Assembly: GCA_963805085.1 (NCBI GenBank)
Contig: CAWDTA010000002.1
Coordinates: 1,888,001-1,952,000 of the forward strand
Direction: 5' to 3'
Origin: an uncultured Veillonellaceae bacterium
GTDB taxonomy: Bacteria > Bacillota > Negativicutes > JARBTT01
Length of the DNA stretch: 64,000 nucleotides
Part shown: positions 18,748 to 29,505 of the stretch, piece after piece
Layout of the letters: each line of letters starts with the position of its first letter
Position numbering within the stretch: position 1 is the stretch's first letter
Program-made: the position numbers and the translations under genes
Notes under the pieces: generated by a model
The model's input: the letters and a program-made list of their open reading frames with translations, nothing else
Told to the model about the DNA's origin: nothing
Database searches by the model: none

Positions 18748-19701
18748 ATGATATGTATCACAGATAATACGCTGGCTTGTCTTGATGCATACGAGGCAAC
18801 GCCAAAAGAGCTGCATGAGCTATTAGAGTTATTATTAACTTTGCCGATTCGTTCGATTGAAATGTCGATCCAGGCTTATGAAAAGCTTATTTCCCTTGCA
18901 CCACTGCCTGAATTTGAAAATTATTTGTTGAAAATAAATAATTTATGTGAATTGAAAAAATACCAAGGGTTTGCTGGTTATCTGTTTCCGGCGTCTAGTT
19001 TTGGCAATGTTGGCAATGCTACCTATGAAATTAATTTTAAAAATGATCAAGATATCGGTTATAATGAAGAATGTATCCAAGGTTTGCGGATGATTGGTTT
19101 TGCTGATCGTATCTGCACAGACGTTGCCAGTGAATTTAAACATATTTTATCGACAAAAATGAAATTTGAAATTTGTCCGCAAAATGATTTTTTCTGTGCT
19201 ACTGCCTTAGCGGTGGAATGGTGTCGGTTAGGGGGGGAAAAGCTGGTAGCTAGTTTTACTGGTATCGGTAATCAGGCGAGTTTAGAGGAAGTGCTGCTAG
19301 CTTTACACCTCGAAAAACAACAGGAACTTACAGAGAATATCAGTTGTTTTGAACGGATGAAACAAGTATTTGAGCAGATTACTGGTAAAAAAATAGCAAA
19401 AAACAAAGCCATTATTGGCGAGGAAATTTTTTGCGTGGAAGCTGGTATTCATGTCGATGGCATTGTGAAAAACCCTAAAATTTATGAGCCTTATCCACCA
19501 GAACTCGTAGGTAGTAAACGGCGCGTGATCATGGGGAAACATTCTGGCAAGAGTGCTATTTTAGCTAAATTAAGTGAATTGAAAATTGCCAAAGCGAGTG
19601 TGGATGTAGAAAAATTATTGCTAGCTGTAAAGCAAAAAAGTGTAGAAAAACAACAGAGCTTAACTGATGAGGAATTTATTGAGCTGATCAAGGTGGTGTA
19701 G
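18748..19701 (+). CDS. nifV: Homocitrate synthase omega subunit (degenerate N-terminal barrel)
   Basis: EAGIHVDG...YEPYPPELVG...MGKHSGK C-terminal homocitrate-synthase motifs; split nifV as in Clostridium pasteurianum. Confidence 0.8.
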   Translation: MICITDNTLACLDAYEATPKELHELLELLLTLPIRSIEMSIQAYEKLISLAPLPEFENYLLKINNLCELKKYQGFAGYLFPASSFGNVGNATYEINFKNDQDIGYNEECIQGLRMIGFADRICTDVASEFKHILSTKMKFEICPQNDFFCATALAVEWCRLGGEKLVASFTGIGNQASLEEVLLALHLEKQQELTENISCFERMKQVFEQITGKKIAKNKAIIGEEIFCVEAGIHVDGIVKNPKIYEPYPPELVGSKRRVIMGKHSGKSAILAKLSELKIAKASVDVEKLLLAVKQKSVEKQQSLTDEEFIELIKVV

Positions 19702-19703
19702 CA

Positions 19704-20504
19704 ATGAAAGAGCCGCGACATATTGTTGATACTACCTTGCGAGATGGCGAGCAAAGTCCTGGACTCGCTTTTCGTAAGCGGGATAAGTTAACCATTGCAA
19801 AGTTACTAGATGACGCCAACGTTTATCAAATTGAGGCTGGAATTCCGGCAATGGGCAATTTAGAAAAGGAAGCAATCCTAGCAATAAAAGATAGCTGTAA
19901 ACATTCGCTCATATCCACCTGGAATCGTATTAATAAAGCCGATATTCAGCATTCGTTTGATTGTCAGCCAGATCTGATTCATATTAGCGTTCCCGTATCA
20001 ACGGCGCAGATCTATGAAAAACTGCGCAAAGATAAAACTTGGCTCAAAGAAAATATGGTTGCTTGCGTCGAATTTGCCAGAGAAAAAGGCTATCCAGTAA
20101 CCGTTGGCTTTGAAGATGCCTCAAGGGCGGAGCTAGAATTTATGTTAGAGTTGGCCAAAATCCTGAAACGTTATGAAGTTCGTTATATTCGCTTTGCTGA
20201 TACAGTTGGGATTTTAACGCCTGCAAGTACAGAGCAAAAGATCAAAGCAATCATTGAGGATACAGGAATGGAGATTGAATTTCATGCCCATAATGATCTC
20301 GGCATGGCGGTGGCCAATTCCATTTCAGCGGCAAAAGCTGGCGCGAAATTTATTGATACAACCATTGCTGGAATTGGTGAACGTACTGGTAATTGTGATT
20401 TTATGCAATTTATTTACACGGCGAGTACCTTATATGATATTTCTACCGATTTCAGAGCTGCGCAAGCGGTGACAAAGCAAGTAGAAAAGATCGTGCGAAA
20501 ATAA
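19704..20504 (+). CDS. nifV: Homocitrate synthase alpha subunit
   Basis: DTTLRDGEQ, HAHNDLGMA, GIGERTGN. Confidence 0.88.
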   Translation: MKEPRHIVDTTLRDGEQSPGLAFRKRDKLTIAKLLDDANVYQIEAGIPAMGNLEKEAILAIKDSCKHSLISTWNRINKADIQHSFDCQPDLIHISVPVSTAQIYEKLRKDKTWLKENMVACVEFAREKGYPVTVGFEDASRAELEFMLELAKILKRYEVRYIRFADTVGILTPASTEQKIKAIIEDTGMEIEFHAHNDLGMAVANSISAAKAGAKFIDTTIAGIGERTGNCDFMQFIYTASTLYDISTDFRAAQAVTKQVEKIVRK

Positions 20505-20520
20505 GAAGGAGTGAATCTTG

Positions 20521-21336
20521 ATGAAAAAACAAAAGTTTATGATGGTATTATGTGCTTTATTCTTATTATTCACAGTATTGTTAGCTGGGTGTGGCAATGA
20601 TGCTGAGAAAAAAGAAGCGGCGGCTCCGGCACCAGCCAAAGAAAAGGTAGAAATCTTCGTCTCTGCAGCTGCTAGTCTAACGGACGTAATGAAAGAAATC
20701 GCCCAAATGTATAACAAAGAAAATCCCAATGTGAAATTAACCTTTAGCTTTGGTGCTAGTGGAGCCTTGCAAACGGCAATTGAGCAAGGCGCACCGTCAG
20801 ATATTTTTCTTTCCGCCGCGCAAAAGCAAATGGATGCGTTAGATAAAGGCGGATTACTTGCTGATGGCACGAAGAAAAACTTGCTGATTAATAAAGTGGT
20901 ATTGATTACCCCAAAAGACAGTAAAGCTGGCATTGTAGATTTTAAAGATATCAACACCGATAAAGTAAAACGGATCGCACTTGGTGAACCAAAAGGTGTA
21001 CCGGTTGGACAGTATTCGGAAGAAATCTTTAAATCATTAAACATTCTAGATGAAGCAAAAGCAAAAGCTGCGTACGGTTCTGATGTGCGCCAAGTGCTAA
21101 CTTGGGTAGAATCTGGCGAAGTGGATTGTGGAATTGTTTATGCAACTGATGCTGCAACTTCCCAAAAAATTACGGTAGTTGCTGAAGCGCCAGAAGGCAG
21201 TCATAAACCAGTGATTTATCCAGAAGCAGTTTTGAAATCTAGTAAAAATATGGAACAGGCAAAAGCATTTTTAGATTATTTATCGAGACCAGAAGTGGGC
21301 AAAGTATTTGAAAAATATGGATTTAAATTGAACTAA
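20521..21336 (+). CDS. modA: Molybdate ABC transporter substrate-binding lipoprotein
   Basis: LAGC lipobox; SAAASL, FGASGAL, GIVYATDA. Confidence 0.95.
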   Translation: MKKQKFMMVLCALFLLFTVLLAGCGNDAEKKEAAAPAPAKEKVEIFVSAAASLTDVMKEIAQMYNKENPNVKLTFSFGASGALQTAIEQGAPSDIFLSAAQKQMDALDKGGLLADGTKKNLLINKVVLITPKDSKAGIVDFKDINTDKVKRIALGEPKGVPVGQYSEEIFKSLNILDEAKAKAAYGSDVRQVLTWVESGEVDCGIVYATDAATSQKITVVAEAPEGSHKPVIYPEAVLKSSKNMEQAKAFLDYLSRPEVGKVFEKYGFKLN

Positions 21337-22016
21337 TGGATTTATCACCGTTTATTATATCCTTAAAAACGGCATTCCTCGCGACCTTGATTACTTTTTT
21401 TCTCGGCATTTATGCTGCCCACTGCGTCGTGAAGATGAAACGATTTCAAGGCGTGATGGATACGATTTTTACGCTACCGATGGTTTTACCACCAACAGTA
21501 GTAGGATTTTTTCTACTGTTGCTTTTTGGTAGAAACAGTTTCATTGGAAAAATTCTGCTTAGCTTTGATCTTACCTTTGTGTTTTCGTGGGAAGCAACGG
21601 TCGTATCGGCGGTCGTTGTTTCATTACCACTGATGTATCGGACGACTAGAGGAGCATTCGAACAAATTGATAAGAATATTATTTATGCGGCAAGAACGCT
21701 TGGTATATCGGAGACAAAAATATTTTGGCATGTGATATTGCCGAATGCTTGGTATGGTATAATAGGCGGTGTAATCCTATCTTTTACTAGAGCATTGGGC
21801 GAATTTGGGGCAACGATTATGGTCGCTGGAAATATTCCAGGGCGGACCCAAACGATGTCTACCGCCATTTATTCTGCAGTACAAGCAGGCGACAATGAAA
21901 CCGCTTTTCAATGGGTGATCGTGGTCGTATTGATCTCTTTTGCCGTGATTATGCTTATGAATTATTGGACAAGTAACCATTTGAAACGAATGAGAAAACT
22001 GTCAAAGAAAAAGTGA
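21336..22016 (+). CDS. modB: Molybdate ABC transporter permease
   Basis: LPMVLPPTVVGF, RALGEFGAT. Confidence 0.95.
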   Translation: MDLSPFIISLKTAFLATLITFFLGIYAAHCVVKMKRFQGVMDTIFTLPMVLPPTVVGFFLLLLFGRNSFIGKILLSFDLTFVFSWEATVVSAVVVSLPLMYRTTRGAFEQIDKNIIYAARTLGISETKIFWHVILPNAWYGIIGGVILSFTRALGEFGATIMVAGNIPGRTQTMSTAIYSAVQAGDNETAFQWVIVVVLISFAVIMLMNYWTSNHLKRMRKLSKKK

Positions 22017-22017
22017 G

Positions 22018-23067
22018 GTGCTGACAGTGGCGTTGTCTGTTGATATCAAAAAGAACTTAGGCGATTTTGATTTAAATATAAAATTTCGAGCAGATCAAGA
22101 AGTGCTTGCTTTGCTAGGTGCTTCCGGATGTGGGAAAAGCATGACCTTAAAATGTATCGCGGGGATTGAAACGCCAGATTGTGGGGTCATCAAACTTGAT
22201 GATCATGTTTTATTCGACAGTGAGCGCAAGATTAATTTACCACCGCAAAAGCGGAAGGTGGGTTATCTTTTTCAAAACTATGCTTTGTTTCCCAATATGA
22301 CCGTAGTGGAAAATATCGCTTTTGTCGTTCAGGGAACAAAACAAGAAAAGCGTAAAGTTGTAACAGAAAAAGTAAAAATGTTTTGTCTAGAAGGGTTAGA
22401 ACATCTTTATCCCTTGCAATTATCGGGCGGGCAGCAACAGCGGGTTGCTTTCGCTCGTATCTTGGCGTCAGAGACAAAACTGCTGATGTTAGACGAACCA
22501 TTTTCAGCCTTGGATAGTTATTTGAAGTGGCAAGTAGAGCAAGAATTAACGAGTTTATTAGAAAAATATAATCGCGCTACTTTATTTGTTTCGCATAATC
22601 GTGATGAAGTATACCGGATTTGCGATCGCATTGCGGTGATGTCCAACGGCAATATCGATACGGTTCGGACAAAATATGATTTGTTTGAATCACCAGAAAC
22701 TTTGGCGGGAACAATACTTACTGGCTGTAAAAATATTTCGACGGCAAAAAAAATCAATGATCATGTCGTATTTGCGGAAGAATGGGGACTCCAGTTACAA
22801 GTTGATCGCCCAGTGCCTGACAATGTACAATATGTTGGCTTTCGGGCTCACTTCTTTTCGTTTGTTAAGCATGAAAAAAATGCATTTGAAGTTGAGATTG
22901 TCAAAGTAGTGGAGGATACATTTTCTTTTATCGTCATGATTCGACCGAAAGGTTTGGATGTTACACCGCTTCGTTGGGAGCTAGAAAAAGCACAATGGCA
23001 GAGTCTTGATAAAACGAAACTTTTTTTAAGTATCCCTGAAGATAAAATTATATTAATGAAGAAATGA
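22018..23067 (+). CDS. modC: Molybdate ABC transporter ATPase
   Basis: GASGCGKS, LSGGQQQR, LDEPFSALD; follows modB. Confidence 0.9.
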   Translation: MLTVALSVDIKKNLGDFDLNIKFRADQEVLALLGASGCGKSMTLKCIAGIETPDCGVIKLDDHVLFDSERKINLPPQKRKVGYLFQNYALFPNMTVVENIAFVVQGTKQEKRKVVTEKVKMFCLEGLEHLYPLQLSGGQQQRVAFARILASETKLLMLDEPFSALDSYLKWQVEQELTSLLEKYNRATLFVSHNRDEVYRICDRIAVMSNGNIDTVRTKYDLFESPETLAGTILTGCKNISTAKKINDHVVFAEEWGLQLQVDRPVPDNVQYVGFRAHFFSFVKHEKNAFEVEIVKVVEDTFSFIVMIRPKGLDVTPLRWELEKAQWQSLDKTKLFLSIPEDKIILMKK

Positions 23068-23078
23068 GGGGTAAACAA

Positions 23079-23288
23079 ATGAAAATTAGTGCAAGAAATC
23101 AATTAAAAGGTACTGTGGTATCTATTCAAGAAGGTGCAGTCAATGCAATCGTTGGCATAAAAATTGCTAGCGGTGATATTGTAACTGCAACAGTATCGAT
23201 GTCTTCTGTAAAAGAATTGGGCTTAGAAGTTGGTAAAGAAGCGTATGCCATCATCAAAGCAACATCAGTGATGGTTGGGGTAGAATAG
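23079..23288 (+). CDS. mop: Molybdenum-binding Mop/TOBE protein
   Basis: MKISARNQLKG...AIIKATSVMV. Confidence 0.9.
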   Translation: MKISARNQLKGTVVSIQEGAVNAIVGIKIASGDIVTATVSMSSVKELGLEVGKEAYAIIKATSVMVGVE

Positions 23289-23353
23289 CATAAGTAAATA
23301 GAAAAGGCATGCAGGCATAAGAGTTGGAAAACTGTGAATAAAAGATATGCTAT

Positions 23354-23399
23354 GATCGCTGAGTCAATCAATAATGAAGGGCTTGGCGATCTTTATTTT
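23354..23399 (+). terminator. Terminator ending the nif-mod operon
   Basis: GATCGCTGAGTC...GGCTTGGCGATC stem plus TTTATTTT. Confidence 0.6.
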
Positions 23400-23527
23400 C
23401 GTTGTGCTGTGTTTTCAACTGGCACAGATTTTTGCATCTCAATGCGCAAGAGCTCTTGAAAAAAACTATTACTGAAATTTTCTGTACAAACTGATATGAT
23501 TAAATCAAACAAGACGTACGGAGGTGA

Positions 23528-25600
23528 TTGTATTTGGAACTAAAAACCAGACTTGTATATATCATGAATCGTCTGAATAATGTGAAAAATGGCGAGCATA
23601 TCAAAATTTTCCTTGCTGAGTTAGATATAACCCAGCGAACTTTTTATTATGATATGGAGCAGATCAATGACTGGCTTGCTACGAATGGCCTTGGCAAAAT
23701 GCTCATCTCTAACCAACAAGTCTACTTGGAAATAAATAACCAGTCTGCATTCCAAAATATGCTTTCTAAAACGCAAAGCTATTACTTTTCTGTTTCCGAC
23801 CGCAGAGCCATGGAAATAATTTATATAGCTTTATATCATGACGTCGTCACCATTGATAAACTCAGAGCTTTTTTCTATGTAAGCAAGAATACGATCTTGT
23901 CTGATATCAAAGCATGGAAATCGCTGTTAAAAGATTGGAACATTACGATTTCTAGCACAGTTAAAACGGGATATGTTTTCAAAGGGTCGGAAACCGCTAT
24001 TAGAAAACTGATCAGTAAGCAATTGACATTGCTCCTATCTAATCTATGTGTGAGAGCAATATTATCTGAGACTTTAGTGTCGTTCACCCATAATGACATA
24101 GACTTTTTTGAGATAAGCCGCTGTCTTATCAAGCAATATGCAAAAGACATAAAAGGAGATTTATTTTTAAACGATATCGATATGGAATGCATGCTTATCT
24201 TAGTTTCATGGATAAGAAGCATGAAAGGTTATACGTTTGAAATAAACCCTGACGAAAAAGCCACCCTCTTCAATACAGCTTCTTATCGTTCACTAAAATT
24301 AAGCCTCAAAAAATTGGTTCTGCATAACATGCATATACCAACCTCAGAGATATATTATCTGATCCCTTTATTTCTAGGAATACGAACGACTGATTTTGTC
24401 TCAGAAGAGCAGGAAGATACTTATATCATGGATTTCACCAAAGAGTTAGTACACAATTTTGAATGTGTTGCCTGCATTTCGTTCCTAAACAAGGAGCGTC
24501 TATATCATCAACTATCTTTTCATATTAGACCGCTGTACTACCGCCTGAAATATGGCATCATATCTCCGAATCCTTTAGTAAGCAATATCCAGAAAACATA
24601 CTCCTATATATATGAGTTTACCGCACGAGCTTTAGCAAAAACCAACAATGATCTATCCAGCATGATAACTACAGATGAAATAGCTTACTTATGCGTATAC
24701 TTTGCCAGTCATTTAAATTATAAAAAAATCGTTAGTACCAGTCAGAAACGGAAAGGTAAGATATTAATCGTAGTCGGAACGAACATGGCGCAAGCCATGC
24801 TGATTCAGGAGCAATTGACGAGTTTATTCAATGACCGTTTCGATTACGAAAAAATTTCTATCGGCCGGCTAAAAAACTGGATGCTCAACGATTATGTATT
24901 AGTCGTAACTACAATAGCATTCAAAAATCTTTCGACGTATAGTAACGTTATTTGTGTCGATCCTTTTATCAATGACAGCAGTAAAAGAAAAATCATTGAT
25001 GTTATTGAATCTAAAGGTTGTGTTCCACGGTATGATGAACGTATCCGCAAAGTCATAGATGTAACAAAAAATCATTGTACTGGTGAAATCGAAGAGGATG
25101 AGCTGTATTTTGAATTATTTCGACTATTTTATAATGAAGAAAAGCATAGTCCTTTCATGTCCTATACCGAAAACATTCGTGAAAAGCTGGAAAAAGGGAA
25201 AGTTCTGACCGTCTCTTTGGCAAGCAATTGGAAAGATATCTTAGAAACAGCTTGTAAACAAATCGGAGGTCGACATTATACTAAACGCACCTTCGAAAGA
25301 TTGTTAAATTTATTGCAGCGCCGTAAAGGGAAAGTTTATCAAATAAGCTCGGAGGTATTGTGTATTTGCTGCCCTATGCAGGGTGAAAGTCATAGAAAGA
25401 TAGACATTTCAGTCGTGGTCTCCCAAAACGATATAGAATTTCTCGATGGGAATAAAGGAAAAATACTATTATTTATCGCTACCATAGATAATTATTCACA
25501 TTGGTCATTGCTCATGGATACATATCAATACTTAGAAAACGAAGAGCATATTGCCGGCATGATCGAAACCTTTAGCATATGTCATGAGGAAATATTATAG
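23528..25600 (+). CDS. PRD-containing transcriptional regulator (MtlR/LicR-like)
   Basis: Two N-terminal HTH-like segments, PRD motif HIRP...NPL...DEIAYL..YF, EIIB-like and EIIA-like tail; precedes PTS genes. Confidence 0.8.
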   Translation: MYLELKTRLVYIMNRLNNVKNGEHIKIFLAELDITQRTFYYDMEQINDWLATNGLGKMLISNQQVYLEINNQSAFQNMLSKTQSYYFSVSDRRAMEIIYIALYHDVVTIDKLRAFFYVSKNTILSDIKAWKSLLKDWNITISSTVKTGYVFKGSETAIRKLISKQLTLLLSNLCVRAILSETLVSFTHNDIDFFEISRCLIKQYAKDIKGDLFLNDIDMECMLILVSWIRSMKGYTFEINPDEKATLFNTASYRSLKLSLKKLVLHNMHIPTSEIYYLIPLFLGIRTTDFVSEEQEDTYIMDFTKELVHNFECVACISFLNKERLYHQLSFHIRPLYYRLKYGIISPNPLVSNIQKTYSYIYEFTARALAKTNNDLSSMITTDEIAYLCVYFASHLNYKKIVSTSQKRKGKILIVVGTNMAQAMLIQEQLTSLFNDRFDYEKISIGRLKNWMLNDYVLVVTTIAFKNLSTYSNVICVDPFINDSSKRKIIDVIESKGCVPRYDERIRKVIDVTKNHCTGEIEEDELYFELFRLFYNEEKHSPFMSYTENIREKLEKGKVLTVSLASNWKDILETACKQIGGRHYTKRTFERLLNLLQRRKGKVYQISSEVLCICCPMQGESHRKIDISVVVSQNDIEFLDGNKGKILLFIATIDNYSHWSLLMDTYQYLENEEHIAGMIETFSICHEEIL

Positions 25601-25610
25601 GAGGGATAGC

Positions 25611-26012
25611 ATGGATAAAATGAAGCATTGTATATATTGCGGGAAAGTTACCTTGAGAATACGCCCTTTCATACTGAATCCACACGCTGACGATGAACTA
25701 CATTGTTGTTCAGCCGAATGCCTGACTAGGGCTAAAAAGTTTTTAGAATGGGATATGAAGAATAGAACTCGCGCATTCTTACTGCTTGCTATTTGCGTAA
25801 TAGCGAATTTATTGTCATTCGGTTTTTACTGGACTGGCGTAGAACAATTTTTACCAATGCTGTTCATGGGGGGCATCGTTATTATTTATCCTCTGGTTTT
25901 TATGAGGTATTCCTCCTATCAACCGCTGGGCATTCACAAAGTAACTAAAATCGTGAGAACCTTCGGGTTCCTATTCATGGCATTGAGTTTATTTTATATG
26001 GTTTTTCCTTGA
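25611..26012 (+). CDS. Small membrane protein with N-terminal Cys cluster
   Basis: CIYCGK...HCCSAEC followed by three hydrophobic segments; SD GGAGG. Confidence 0.7.
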   Translation: MDKMKHCIYCGKVTLRIRPFILNPHADDELHCCSAECLTRAKKFLEWDMKNRTRAFLLLAICVIANLLSFGFYWTGVEQFLPMLFMGGIVIIYPLVFMRYSSYQPLGIHKVTKIVRTFGFLFMALSLFYMVFP

Positions 26013-26147
26013 CTGCATTTATAAGTGATTAAGCACAAATTTTAGTAGAAATCTGATTATTCTGAATTGCAAAACATTGCTCTTTTTTATTCCAGCCCAT
26101 ATTGATAAACTAAACATGTAGGAAAAAGGCAAAGGAGGGAAGAAAAA

Positions 26148-26606
26148 TTGGAATTGCTAAATAAAGATCTGATCAAAATCGACGCTGCTGTGAATTCAGC
26201 TGAAGAATGTATCAGATTAGCCGGAGATCTCTTTCTCAGATACGGCTATGTAAAGGAAGGATACAGCGAAGCAGTGATTGAGCGTGAAAAAACCTATCCG
26301 ACAGGGTTGCCCGGCAAAGACATCTGTATCGCGATCCCCCATACGAACAACAAGCTGGTCAATCAGCCTGCGATTGGGGTAATCATACCGCAAGAGCCGG
26401 TCGAATTCTGCATGATGGGCAACAAAGACCAAATATTGTCATGCGAAGTGATCATCCCATTGGTGGTAAAAGATTCAGAAATGCAATTATCAACGCTGAA
26501 AAAGATGTCTCGCATAATCCAAGATGGAGAGCTTTTAAAAAAAATTAAAAATGCACGTTCCCCGGAAGAAGTATTGTGTTATCTGAAAATATTAGATGAA
26601 GATTGA
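26148..26606 (+). CDS. PTS EIIA (galactitol/fructose-mannitol type)
   Basis: REKTYPTGL...IAIPHT. Confidence 0.92.
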   Translation: MELLNKDLIKIDAAVNSAEECIRLAGDLFLRYGYVKEGYSEAVIEREKTYPTGLPGKDICIAIPHTNNKLVNQPAIGVIIPQEPVEFCMMGNKDQILSCEVIIPLVVKDSEMQLSTLKKMSRIIQDGELLKKIKNARSPEEVLCYLKILDED

Positions 26607-26640
26607 TTTTAAGTAAGGATCTTGAAAGGAGTTGTTTATC

Positions 26641-26940
26641 ATGAGACCTGTAAAGATTTTATCTGTTTGTGGTTCCGGTACGGTTAGCTCCGCAATGTTA
26701 TCATTAAAATTATCGGATATTTTAGAGGAAAACGGATATAGTGTTGAATCAACGGAAGTCAGTCCAGGTGGCGTTCCAGGTGCAATGAGCTCAGGCAAAT
26801 ATGACCTCATCGCATATACCAGTCCTGTAGAAGGTGATTTCGGCGTACCCAAGCTCAATGCCACAGGTTTCCTTGTCGGTATCAACGAAGATGAATTTGT
26901 TGAAGAATTGCTTGGCGTAGTAGGAAAATTAAAATTATGA
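26641..26940 (+). CDS. PTS EIIB (galactitol family)
   Basis: VCGSGTVSS phosphorylation loop. Confidence 0.9.
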   Translation: MRPVKILSVCGSGTVSSAMLSLKLSDILEENGYSVESTEVSPGGVPGAMSSGKYDLIAYTSPVEGDFGVPKLNATGFLVGINEDEFVEELLGVVGKLKL

Positions 26941-26977
26941 TCAATGGCCAATATCATTTTAAAGGAGGCGTATCATT

Positions 26978-28399
26978 ATGTGGGAAGGATTAAAATTATT
27001 TTTTGATACCTTTGGCAGCTATATCATGGTGCCAATCATTTTGTTCGTTATCGCATTGGTATTCAAGGCACCTGTAAAAAAGGCTTTTATGTCTGCCGTA
27101 TTGGCCGGTGTAGGTTTAAAAGGTATGGAATTTATCACCAAAGCTTTCGGGGCAGTTTTATCTCCCTTGGTACAAAGATTGGTTGATATAACAGGGATCA
27201 ACCTGCCTGTTATCGACATTGGCTGGCAAGCCGTGGCTTCTGTAGCATATTCTACAGATATAGGTTTGATGTATATCGGCGTAGGTTTAATATTTCAAGT
27301 TTTCCTCTATTTAATAAAATGGACTGATATTTTTATGCCATCTGATTTGTGGAACAACTATTCCATATTTGTCTGGGGTTCTTTATTCCTGCAAATAACG
27401 GGTAATTTACCTATAGCGTTTGGCTTGATGCTCTTTATCAACTTAGTAGTTTTATTGATAGCCGAGGTGGTACAAAAAAGATGGTCTTCCTATTATGGAT
27501 ATCCCGGCTGTGCAATGACTGCGCCGCATCATATGGGCGATGCGCCGATGTATCTGGTTCTGGATTTCGTTTTGGGGCGATTGGGGTTCGATAAAATAAA
27601 TGTACGTCCTGAATCTATCAAGCAAAAATTCGGCTTTTTAGGTGAACCTATGTATGTCGGTATCATCGTTGGGCTGATCTTAGGTATTATCGGCAATATC
27701 AATATTTTAGGAACGATGAAAGCGTGGGGGCAAATAGCGAATGTTGCTATCACCTGTTCAGCTGTTATGGCCATCTTCCCCAAAGTTGCAGGCTTGTTCG
27801 CATCTGCATTCACCACCATCACTGACTATTCAAGAAAAACGCTCAAAAATAGCAAGTATGGCAAAGATAGAGAGTTCATCATCGCTGTGAATGATGCTCT
27901 GGGATATGGTGAGATAGCTACATTGACTACCGGCCTTTTGGTTATCCCGTTCGCCGTGCTGCTAGCATTTGTTGTCCCTGGAAATCTCGTCATTCCCTTA
28001 ATGGTACTTCCATCGCTGCCATATATGGTCGAAGTTCCTGTATGTCTTAGTAATGGTAACATAGCAAAATCAGCAGTTGCAGCGTGTATCGTATTTGCCT
28101 GCAAGCTTCTTATGGCTTCCTCGTGGGCTGCGGTTTTCACAAAAATCGCAACGCAAGTTGGATTTGAAGTTACGACTGGAAGTGTATTGATCATAGGTTT
28201 TATCATGTCAAACTGTACTGCTGGCCTGATTACATATGCCTTTATGACCTTTAATCCAGTCGTTATAGTGGCCGTTGTTATCATATATCTGGTGGCGTTC
28301 CTATTGTTCAAAAAGAACAAGCATGCTGTATGGGACTATTTAGAAAGTAATGCGTTTCGTTATCAAAAACTGAATGGTGAAGCAGCAAATAATACTTGA
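26978..28399 (+). CDS. PTS EIIC (galactitol family)
   Basis: DIGW, DLWN, GFLGEP motifs; many TM segments. Confidence 0.9.
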   Translation: MWEGLKLFFDTFGSYIMVPIILFVIALVFKAPVKKAFMSAVLAGVGLKGMEFITKAFGAVLSPLVQRLVDITGINLPVIDIGWQAVASVAYSTDIGLMYIGVGLIFQVFLYLIKWTDIFMPSDLWNNYSIFVWGSLFLQITGNLPIAFGLMLFINLVVLLIAEVVQKRWSSYYGYPGCAMTAPHHMGDAPMYLVLDFVLGRLGFDKINVRPESIKQKFGFLGEPMYVGIIVGLILGIIGNINILGTMKAWGQIANVAITCSAVMAIFPKVAGLFASAFTTITDYSRKTLKNSKYGKDREFIIAVNDALGYGEIATLTTGLLVIPFAVLLAFVVPGNLVIPLMVLPSLPYMVEVPVCLSNGNIAKSAVAACIVFACKLLMASSWAAVFTKIATQVGFEVTTGSVLIIGFIMSNCTAGLITYAFMTFNPVVIVAVVIIYLVAFLLFKKNKHAVWDYLESNAFRYQKLNGEAANNT

Positions 28400-28430
28400 T
28401 CATTTACGTGATCATTCATAGGAGGATAAG

Positions 28431-29489
28431 ATGATGAAAATAGTAGTAGTTGGTGATCTTATTGTCAGTTGCGAGCTGCTGGCAGAAGCTGCTAAAGAGC
28501 TCAAGCCAAACGAAAATATCACAATAAAAACGATCTATTGGCCGGCAAAAGACCGAAAAGATTTTCAAAAAAAAGCTCTTCATTTAGAAACTGATGGTCC
28601 AGAGGCAGAGCAAGCACCACCAGAACTTTACGAAGAAATCGTGGATGCGGAAATTCTCTTAGTCCATTTTTGCCCTGTATCTGCTGACTTGATAGGAAAA
28701 GGCAAAAAGCTTAAACTCATCGGGACTTGCCGCGGCGGGATGGAGCATGTTGATGTATCTGCTGCAACGAAAGCGGGCATCCCCGTTATTCACGTCATAA
28801 GAAATGCCGAGGCAACATCCGATTTTGCCATTGGTCTTATGTTCGCTGAAACGCGTAACATCGCTCGTGCACATGCTGCGTTAAAAAATGGTGTTTGGCG
28901 CAAAGAATATGTAAATTCTAAGTACACAACAACATTTAGACAAATGACATTAGGGGTTGTAGGGCTCGGTCATATCGGCAAATTAGTAGCGGAAAAAGCA
29001 CTTGGCATAGGCATGAAGGTAATTGCCTTCGATCCTTATATTTCGCAGGAAATGATAAACGATAAAGGCTTGCATGTAAAAATGACAGATAAGGAAACGT
29101 TATTCAAAACAGCTGATATCATTACGTTGCACCTTCGTCTTACACCAGAGACTGAAAACAGTATCAATAAAACAGTGATTGATCTAATGAAACCGACTGC
29201 GTATCTGATAAATACTTCACGTGCAAGAGTAGTAAGCAAAGAAGATCTAATCGATGCGCTGCAAAATAAACGTATAGGCGGCGCTGCTTTGGATGTATTC
29301 TGGGAAGAGCCGATACCAGAAAATGATCCTCTGCTAAAGTTAGATAATGTTACGATTACGCCTCATAATGCTGGCAATGTAGTGGATGCTTTGCCTCGCT
29401 CACCAATGCTTCTCATCGATACAATCAGACATTTTTGGGAGACCGGAAAAAGTGATATGGTAGTTAACCTAAAAAATTTGAAACAATAA
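28431..29489 (+). CDS. D-isomer-specific 2-hydroxyacid dehydrogenase family protein
   Basis: GVVGLGHIG, INTSRA, GAALDVF, TPHNAG. Confidence 0.9.
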   Translation: MMKIVVVGDLIVSCELLAEAAKELKPNENITIKTIYWPAKDRKDFQKKALHLETDGPEAEQAPPELYEEIVDAEILLVHFCPVSADLIGKGKKLKLIGTCRGGMEHVDVSAATKAGIPVIHVIRNAEATSDFAIGLMFAETRNIARAHAALKNGVWRKEYVNSKYTTTFRQMTLGVVGLGHIGKLVAEKALGIGMKVIAFDPYISQEMINDKGLHVKMTDKETLFKTADIITLHLRLTPETENSINKTVIDLMKPTAYLINTSRARVVSKEDLIDALQNKRIGGAALDVFWEEPIPENDPLLKLDNVTITPHNAGNVVDALPRSPMLLIDTIRHFWETGKSDMVVNLKNLKQ

Positions 29490-29505
29490 GGATGGTAATA
29501 GAATA

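Noticed and set aside
23420-23436. TGGCACAGATTTTTGCA as a sigma54 promoter
   Set aside because: GG-to-GC spacing is one base too long, and the downstream regulator has no AAA+ domain.
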